Shown: piece by piece, positions 1 through 4,609 of the stretch | How positions within the stretch are numbered: the stretch's first letter is position 1 | Layout of the letters: every line of letters starts with the position of its first letter | Virus record (IMG/VR): IMGVR_UViG_2713896789_000004 | Length of the DNA stretch: 4,609 nucleotides | From: a virus | Lineage: Duplodnaviria > Heunggongvirae > Uroviricota > Caudoviricetes | Reading direction: 5' to 3' (one strand) | The notes under the pieces: model-generated | Database searches by the model: none | What the model saw: only the letters and a program-made list of their open reading frames with translations | Told to the model about the DNA's origin: nothing | Translations under genes and position numbers: made by a program

Positions 1-234
1 AATGAAACTCTGCGTGCTGATGTTGCCGCTGGTCGTAAGCGCCTGCGGATCAACGCCACCTGTCCAGGCTCCGTGCGTGAAGCCCCCACCACCTCCGGCG
101 TGGATAATGCAACCGGCCCCCGACTGGCAGACACAGTTGAACGGGATTATTTCACCCTCAGAGAGCGGTTGATGATGATGCAGAAGCAGCTGGAAGGGGC
201 GCAGGAATATATCCGCACTCAGTGCCTGAAATAA
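1..234 (+). CDS. Rz: Rz-like i-spanin (inner-membrane spanin subunit), C-terminal part; 5' end lies upstream of the window
   Basis: Frame 1 is open from base 1 to TAA at 232-234 and translates to NETLRADVAAGRKRLRINATC...RDYFTLRERLMMMQKQLEGAQEYIRTQCLK, closely resembling the C-terminal half of lambda Rz as recalled. It also carries an embedded Rz1-like gene in the +1 frame, as in lambda. Confidence 0.8.
   Translation, partial: NETLRADVAAGRKRLRINATCPGSVREAPTTSGVDNATGPRLADTVERDYFTLRERLMMMQKQLEGAQEYIRTQCLK
2..172 (+). CDS. Rz1: Rz1-like o-spanin (outer-membrane lipoprotein spanin subunit), embedded in Rz in the +1 frame
   Basis: ATG at 2-4 to TGA at 170-172 gives MKLCVLMLPLVVSACGSTPPVQAPCVKPPPPPAWIMQPAPDWQTQLNGIISPSESG. 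This has a short hydrophobic signal peptide ending in a lipobox-like VSAC, followed by a proline-rich mature region with a PPPPP run, typical of Rz1. The true start could lie upstream of the window edge. Confidence 0.7.
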   Translation: MKLCVLMLPLVVSACGSTPPVQAPCVKPPPPPAWIMQPAPDWQTQLNGIISPSESG

Positions 235-456
235 GTTTTGCTGATGCGCCGTATCGTCGCCGTATTCCCGTATTAACAGAGACCGCAGCCCGACAGGGAG
301 ACTCCTCTGCGAGAGTGTGCGGGGATAATCAAAAACGATACACACCGGGGTTTACCGCGTTAACGGAGCGCGGCGTTGTCCCCTCATAGTCGCCTGTCCG
401 GTGCGATGGTGGAAGAAACTGGATTTGTTGCAACTGATAACCATTATCATTTTCTC

Positions 457-469
457 GGGTCCTTTCCGG
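457..469 (+). other. cosQ-like element (packaging termination signal), about 18-30 bp upstream of the cosN nick
   Basis: The sequence gggtcctttccgg sits immediately upstream of cosN at the position where lambda cosQ lies, and matches my recollection of the lambda right-end sequence. Exact boundaries are approximate. Confidence 0.5.
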
Positions 470-481
470 CATATGGACCCG

Positions 482-503
482 TTACGGGGCGGCGACCTCG
501 CGG
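482..503 (+). other. cosN terminase nicking site; 12-nt cohesive end GGGCGGCGACCT at 487-498, top-strand nick between 486 and 487
   Basis: The string gttacggggcggcgacctcgcgggttttcgctatttatgaaaatttt (481-527) matches the lambda cos junction, with bases 487-527 identical to the first ~41 nt of the lambda left end (GGGCGGCGACCTCGCGGGTTTTCGCTATTTATGAAAATTTT). It lies about 190 bp upstream of the Nu1 start, as in lambda. Confidence 0.85.
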
Positions 504-538
504 GTTTTCGCTATTTATGAAAATTTTTCGGGAAAAAG

Positions 539-650
539 CATGTCAGTTCTTCTTGTTTTTAACCTATTGTTTTTAAAGAAATAATCATCAAGAAAGAAAC
601 GACATCAGAACGCTGAAAAATCTGTCTTTTTTGGCATTTCATGTCGTAAC
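539..650 (+). other. cosB-like terminase small-subunit binding region with three R-like elements (R3-like ~539-555 direct, R2-like ~597-608 inverted, R1-like ~640-650 direct) and an AT-rich, probably bent spacer (~556-596)
   Basis: Three copies of a short motif are present: catgtcag (539-546), its inverted form aaacgacatcag (597-608) and catgtcgtaac (640-650). Their direct-inverted-direct arrangement and spacing parallel lambda R3/R2/R1. The spacer at 556-596 is AT-rich, where the lambda IHF site I1 lies. The sequence diverges from lambda cosB from about base 528 onward. Confidence 0.55.
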
Positions 651-674
651 TGATTTTTGATAAGGAATTGCTGA

Positions 675-1223
675 ATGAATGTTAATAAAAAGAAGCTTGC
701 TGAAATCTTTAATGTCGATATACGCACTATTGATCGCTGGCAAACTCAGGGGCTCCCTCAGATATCTGGTGGAGGAAAAGGTGTTGAGGTCATCTTTGAT
801 TCTGCGAAGGCGATCGAATGGTATGCTCAGCGCGAAGCTGATATTGAAAATGAAAAACTCCGTAAAGAGGTCGAGGATTTGAGGGCGGCCAGCGAATCAG
901 ACCTTCAGCCCGGCACCATTGATTACGAACGTTACCGACTGACGAAGGCACAGGCAGATGCACAGGAACTGAAAAATGCCCGCGACAGTGGGCAGGTCAT
1001 TGATACAGGGTTTTGCCTTTTTGCTCTGGGAAGACTGGCACAGGAGATCTCTGCCATTCTTGACTCCATTCCATTGTCCATGCAGAGACAGTTTCCGGCA
1101 CTGACGCCCGCTATGCTTGATTTCCTGAAAACCGATATAGCAAAGGCGGCAAACCGATGCGCATCAACGGCAGAGAAGTTACCGGAGATGCTGGATGAAT
1201 ACCTCAGAGAAGCAGCTAAATAA
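675..1223 (+). CDS. nu1: Terminase small subunit (Nu1-like), 182 aa
   Basis: ORF 675-1223 has an AAGGA Shine-Dalgarno at 662-666. The protein [39 protein letters not shown]... aligns along its whole length with lambda Nu1 (MEVNKKQLADIFGASIRTIQNWQEQGMPVLRGGGKGNEV...), including the N-terminal winged-HTH region and the GGGKG motif. The central segment [48 protein letters not shown] is nearly identical to lambda. It sits about 190 bp downstream of cosN. Confidence 0.92.
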   Translation: MNVNKKKLAEIFNVDIRTIDRWQTQGLPQISGGGKGVEVIFDSAKAIEWYAQREADIENEKLRKEVEDLRAASESDLQPGTIDYERYRLTKAQADAQELKNARDSGQVIDTGFCLFALGRLAQEISAILDSIPLSMQRQFPALTPAMLDFLKTDIAKAANRCASTAEKLPEMLDEYLREAAK

Positions 1224-3119
1224 CTTTGCTGTTGTTTGTGGAGTGGCACTTCGTGGGCTTTTACGCCCACTGCCTGTAACCACCGTTGAATGGGCCGATC
1301 AAAATTATTATTTGCCCCCGGAGTCCTCTTATCTTGCTGGGCGGTGGAAGACGTTGCCCTTTCAGGTGGCAATAATGAACTGCATGGGTAATGACCGGAT
1401 CCGCACAATTAATCTTATAAAATCAGCTCGAGTCGGTTACACCAAAATGCTGATGGGCGTTATTGGTTACTTTATTGAGCATAAAAACCGTAACAGTCTT
1501 CTGTTTCAGCCTACGGATTCTGCCGCTGAAGATTTTATGAAGTCTCATGTGGAGTCAACATTACGGGATGTTCCCTGTCTGAAAATTCTTTCCCCCTGGC
1601 TGGGGCGTAAGCACCGGGATAACACACTGACATTAAAAAGATTCACGTCCCGTGTGGGGTTCTGGTGCCTGGGTGGTGCTGCCGCCAAAAACTACCGTGA
1701 AAAATCAGTGGATGTGGTCTGCTATGACGAACTTTCCTCATTCGAGCCGGATGTCGAAAAAGAGGGCTCGCCAACCCTGCTGGGGGATAAGCGTATTGAG
1801 GGCTCGGTATGGCCAAAATCCATTCGCGGCTCGACGCCAAAAATAAAAGGCTCCTGCCAGATCGAAAAAGCGGCCAACGAGTCGGCACATTTCATGCGTT
1901 TTTATGTGCCCTGCCCGCACTGTGGGGAGGAGCAGTATCTGAAATTTGGNNNNNNNNNNNNNNNNNNNNNNNNNNNNNNNNNNNNNNNNNNNNNNNNNNC
2001 ATGGCTGCGTGATCCATCAGTCTGAGCTTGACCAGAGCAACGGGCGGTGGATCTGTGAAAACACGGGCATGTGGACCCGTGACGGCCTGACGTTTTTCAG
2101 CGCTGCGGGTAATGAAATTCCGCCGCCGCGCTCCATCACTTTCCATATCTGGACGGCGTACAGTCCGTTCACCACCTGGGTACAGATAGTCTATGACTGG
2201 CTGGATGCNNNNNNNNNNNNNNNNNNNNNNNNNNNNNNNNNNNNNNNNNNNNNNNNNNGTGAACACCACGCTGGGCGAGACCTGGGAAGAGGCCGTGGGC
2301 GAAAAACTCGATCACCAGGTGCTGATGGATAAGGTCGTGCATTACACGGCAGCGGTGCCTGCCCGGGTGGTTTATCTGACGGCGGGCATTGACTCGCAGC
2401 GTAACCGTTTTGAGATGTATGTCTGGGGATGGGCTCCGGGAGAGGAAGCCTTTCTGGTGGATAAAATCATCATTATGGGGCGTCCTGATGAGGAAGAGAC
2501 GCTGTTACGTGTGGATGCGGCGATCAACAAAAAATACCGCCATGCAGACGGTACCGAAATGACCATTTCCCGTGTCTGCTGGGACACCGGGGGGATCGAT
2601 GGTGAAATTGTTTATCAGAGATCAAAAAAACACGGTGTTTTCCGGGTGCTGCCGGTAAAAGGCGCATCTGTCTATGGCAAGCCGGTGATCACCATGCCAA
2701 AAACCCGCAATCAGCGGGGCGTGTATCTGTGTGAAGTGGGGACGGACACCGCAAAAGAAATTCTCTATGCCCGTATGAAAGCCGATCCCACGCCTGCGGA
2801 TGAAGCCACGTCGTATGCCATCCGTTTTCCTGATGATCCGGAGATTTTTTCGCAGACAGAGGCGCAGCAACTGGTGGCGGAGGAGCTGGTGGAGAAGTGG
2901 GAAAAAGGAAAGATGCGTCTGTTGTGGGATAACAAAAAGCGGCGTAACGAAGCGCTGGACTGCCTGGTGTATGCCTACGCGGCATTACGTGTGTCTGTGC
3001 AACGCTGGCAGCTTGATCTGGCTGTACTGGCAAAATCCCGGGAAGAAGAGACGACCCGGCCAACCCTGAAAGAACTGGCAGCGAAGCTGTCCGGAGGAGT
3101 GAATGGTTACAGTCGCTGA
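1195..3119 (+). CDS. A: Terminase large subunit (gpA-like; ATPase/translocase and cos endonuclease), interrupted by two N-masked blocks (1950-1999, 2209-2258)
   Basis: Three ORF fragments (1195-2025, 1946-2332, 2193-3119) align consecutively with lambda gpA. Fragment 1 ([11 protein letters not shown]...[15 protein letters not shown]...[11 protein letters not shown]...[27 protein letters not shown]...[13 protein letters not shown]) matches lambda MNISNSQVNR...AVEWADANYYLPKE...KSARVGYSKML...[13 protein letters not shown]. Fragment 2 ([11 protein letters not shown]...[17 protein letters not shown]) and fragment 3 ([10 protein letters not shown]...YLTAGIDSQ...CWDTGGID...KGASVYGKP...[10 protein letters not shown]) follow in lambda order. 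The start at 1195 overlaps the Nu1 3' end by 29 nt, with GGAGA upstream; the stop is TGA at 3117-3119. The apparent frame changes occur only across the N runs. Confidence 0.92.
1950..1999. other. 50-nt run of N (masked or unknown sequence) inside the terminase large-subunit gene
   Basis: Bases 1950-1999 are a contiguous run of n. The reading frame before and after differs, and by alignment to lambda about 23 codons are expected here, so the N length does not equal the true sequence length. Confidence 0.95.
2209..2258. other. 50-nt run of N (masked or unknown sequence) inside the terminase large-subunit gene
   Basis: Bases 2209-2258 are a contiguous run of n. The frame shifts across the block, and by alignment to lambda only about 10 codons are expected here, so the N length is a placeholder. 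Confidence 0.95.
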
Positions 3120-3309
3120 ACTGCAGGCGCTGCGTCAGGCGCGCCTTGATTTATTAACCGGTAAACGGGTGGTGTCTGTCCAGAAAGATGGTCGCAGAAT
3201 TGAATATACGGCGGCTTCTCTGGATGAGCTTAACCGTGCGATCAATGATGCGGAGTCGGTACTGGGGACAACCCGCCGTCGCCGTCGTCCGCTGGGAGTG
3301 AGGTTATGA
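3103..3309 (+). CDS. W: Head-tail joining / head completion protein (gpW-like), 68 aa
   Basis: ORF 3103-3309 gives [68 protein letters not shown]. It has the same length as lambda gpW and aligns with it (…[24 protein letters not shown]…RRRGP…). GGAGGA lies at 3093-3098. It overlaps the gpA 3' end by 17 nt, and its stop TGA (3307-3309) overlaps the portal ATG (3306-3308). Confidence 0.88.
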   Translation: MVTVAELQALRQARLDLLTGKRVVSVQKDGRRIEYTAASLDELNRAINDAESVLGTTRRRRRPLGVRL

Positions 3310-4609
3310 AACGAACGCCTGTCCTGATTGATGTGAACGGCGTTCCGCTTCGGGAGAGTCTCAGCTACCACGGGGGCGGTGCAGGATTTGGCGGGCAAAT
3401 GGCGGAGTGGTTGCCACCGGCGCAGAGTGCCGATGCGGCCCTGCTGCCCGCGTTGCGTCTGGGGAATGCCCGTGCAGATGATCTGGTACGCAATAACGGG
3501 ATAGCGGCTAATGCGGTGGCCCTGCATAAGGATCATATTGTCGGGCATATGTTTCTTATCAGCTACCGTCCGAACTGGCGCTGGCTGGGGATGCGGGAGA
3601 CTGCGGCAAAAAGTTTTGTCGATGAGGTGGAGGCGGCCTGGTCGGAATACGCAGAAGGGATGTTTGGCGAGATCGACGTGGAAGGGAAACGCACGTTCAC
3701 GGAATTTATCCGTGAAGGTGTGGGCGTTCATGCCTTTAACGGCGAAATCTTTGTGCAGCCGGTCTGGGATACGGAAACCACGCAGTTATTCCGCACGCGT
3801 TTTAAAGCCGTGAGTCCGAAACGGGTGGACACGCCAGGACACGGTATCGGGAATCGTTTTCTGCGGGCCGGGGTGGAGGTCGATCGATATGGCCGTGCCG
3901 TTGCGTACCATATCTGTGAGGATGATTTTCCTCGCTCCTGGAGTGGACGATGGGAACGGATCCCGCGTGAACTTCCCACCGGGCGTCCGGCCATGCTGCA
4001 TATTTTCGAGCCGGTGGAGGACGGGCAGACCCGTGGGGCCAATCAGTTTTACAGCGTTATGGAACGGCTGAAGATGCTGGATTCCCTGCAGGCAACACAG
4101 CTTCAGTCGGCCATTGTTAAAGCCATGTATGCAGCGACGATTGAAAGTGAACTTGATACCGAAAAGGCCTTTGAATATATCGCGGGGGCACCGCAGGGTC
4201 AGCAGGATAATCCGCTTATTAATATTCTGGAGAAGTTCTCCAGCTGGTATGACACGAATCATGTGACGCTGGGCGGTGTCAAAATTCCGCACCTTTTCCC
4301 CGGGGATGATCTGAAACTGCAGACCGCGCAGGATTCAGACAATGGATTTTCGGCGCTTGAACAGGCGCTGCTGCGGTATATCGCCGCCGGTCTTGGCGTT
4401 TCCTACGAACAGTTGTCCCGTGATTACTCGAAGGTCAGTTATTCAAGTGCCCGCGCCTCCGCCAATGAGTCGTGGCGCTATTTTATGGGACGACGAAAAT
4501 TTATTGCAGCCCGGCTGGCCACGCAGATGTTTTCCTGCTGGCTGGAAGAGGCACTTCTTCGGGGGATTATCCGTCCGCCACGGGCACGTTTTGATTTTTA
4601 TCAGGCGCG
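3306..4609 (+). CDS. B: Portal protein (gpB-like), N-terminal ~434 aa; gene continues beyond the 3' end of the window
   Basis: ATG at 3306 opens a frame that stays open to the window end. The translation MKRTPVLIDVNGVPLRESLSYHGGGAGFGGQMAEWLPPAQSADAALLPALRLGNARADDLVRNNGIAANAVALHKDHIVGHMFLISYRPNWRWLGMRETAAKSFVDEVEAAW... matches the lambda gpB N-terminus almost residue for residue as recalled. Gene order Nu1-A-W-B is canonical. It is absent from the ORF track only because no stop occurs within the window. Confidence 0.92.
   Translation, partial: MKRTPVLIDVNGVPLRESLSYHGGGAGFGGQMAEWLPPAQSADAALLPALRLGNARADDLVRNNGIAANAVALHKDHIVGHMFLISYRPNWRWLGMRETAAKSFVDEVEAAWSEYAEGMFGEIDVEGKRTFTEFIREGVGVHAFNGEIFVQPVWDTETTQLFRTRFKAVSPKRVDTPGHGIGNRFLRAGVEVDRYGRAVAYHICEDDFPRSWSGRWERIPRELPTGRPAMLHIFEPVEDGQTRGANQFYSVMERLKMLDSLQATQLQSAIVKAMYAATIESELDTEKAFEYIAGAPQGQQDNPLINILEKFSSWYDTNHVTLGGVKIPHLFPGDDLKLQTAQDSDNGFSALEQALLRYIAAGLGVSYEQLSRDYSKVSYSSARASANESWRYFMGRRKFIAARLATQMFSCWLEEALLRGIIRPPRARFDFYQA

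Noticed and set aside
376-576. 66-aa + strand ORF (MSPHSRLSGAMVEE...)
   Set aside because: It runs straight across cosQ, cosN and into cosB. It has no convincing RBS, the region is accounted for by the cos site, and the lambda-identical sequence here is noncoding in lambda.
679-882. 67-aa + strand ORF in an alternative frame overlapping the Nu1 5' region
   Set aside because: It lies entirely within the well-supported Nu1 reading frame and its lysine- and arginine-rich product has no recognisable similarity to anything I know. It is most likely an out-of-frame artefact.
932-1408. 158-aa minus-strand ORF antisense to the Nu1/gpA junction
   Set aside because: It is a shadow ORF opposite two strongly supported + strand genes. 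Its product is low-complexity and rich in Ser, Ala and Arg, typical of antisense frames in GC-rich coding DNA.
1950-2258. N runs as evidence of a split or pseudogenised terminase, or of an inserted element
   Set aside because: The flanking sequence aligns colinearly with lambda gpA and the frame changes coincide exactly with the fixed-length N blocks. Masking or an assembly gap is the simplest explanation, though the hidden content cannot be verified.
1643-2269. Several short + and - strand ORFs inside gpA (1643-1888 -, 1652-1846 +, 1738-1920 -, 1809-2012 +, 1892-2269 -)
   Set aside because: All are nested in the terminase large-subunit gene in alternative frames, and some are held open only by N-derived X residues. 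None has independent support.
2372-3069. ORFs 2372-2587 (-), 2622-2870 (-), 2689-3063 (-) and 2800-3069 (+, Arg/Trp-rich) inside gpA
   Set aside because: These are shadow or alternative-frame ORFs within a well-supported coding region. Their compositions are biased (proline-, arginine- or tryptophan-rich) as expected from off-frame translation.
3135-4292. Long minus-strand ORFs (3135-3731, 3728-4042, 3786-4292) and + strand ORFs 3511-3813 and 3889-4071
   Set aside because: They are antisense or out-of-frame relative to the portal gene, whose frame matches lambda gpB closely. They have no RBS or homology support.
1-4609. A novel defence, toxin or otherwise undescribed system in this window
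   Set aside because: Every substantial ORF and the main noncoding interval are accounted for by canonical lambdoid lysis and packaging functions (Rz/Rz1, cos, Nu1, A, W, B). There is no unexplained gene-sized coding capacity, CRISPR repeat array, tRNA or mobile-element signature.

Overview
This window is the lysis-to-head-gene junction of a lambda-like (lambdoid) siphophage or prophage, read on the + strand. It holds the 3' end of the spanin genes Rz/Rz1, a complete cos packaging site (cosQ, cosN, cosB), the terminase small subunit (Nu1-like), the terminase large subunit (gpA-like, interrupted by two 50-nt N-masked blocks), the head-tail joining protein (gpW-like) and the 5' part of the portal gene (gpB-like). 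All protein and cos assignments rest on comparison with phage lambda sequences recalled from memory; no search was run. The packaging module is mosaic: cosN and the visible portal sequence are essentially lambda-like, while cosB, the Nu1 DNA-binding N-terminus, gpA and gpW are clearly diverged. I see no evidence of a novel, undescribed system here; the points worth a second look are the apparent packaging-specificity swap, the two masked segments inside the terminase gene, and the short moron-free Rz-cos spacer.
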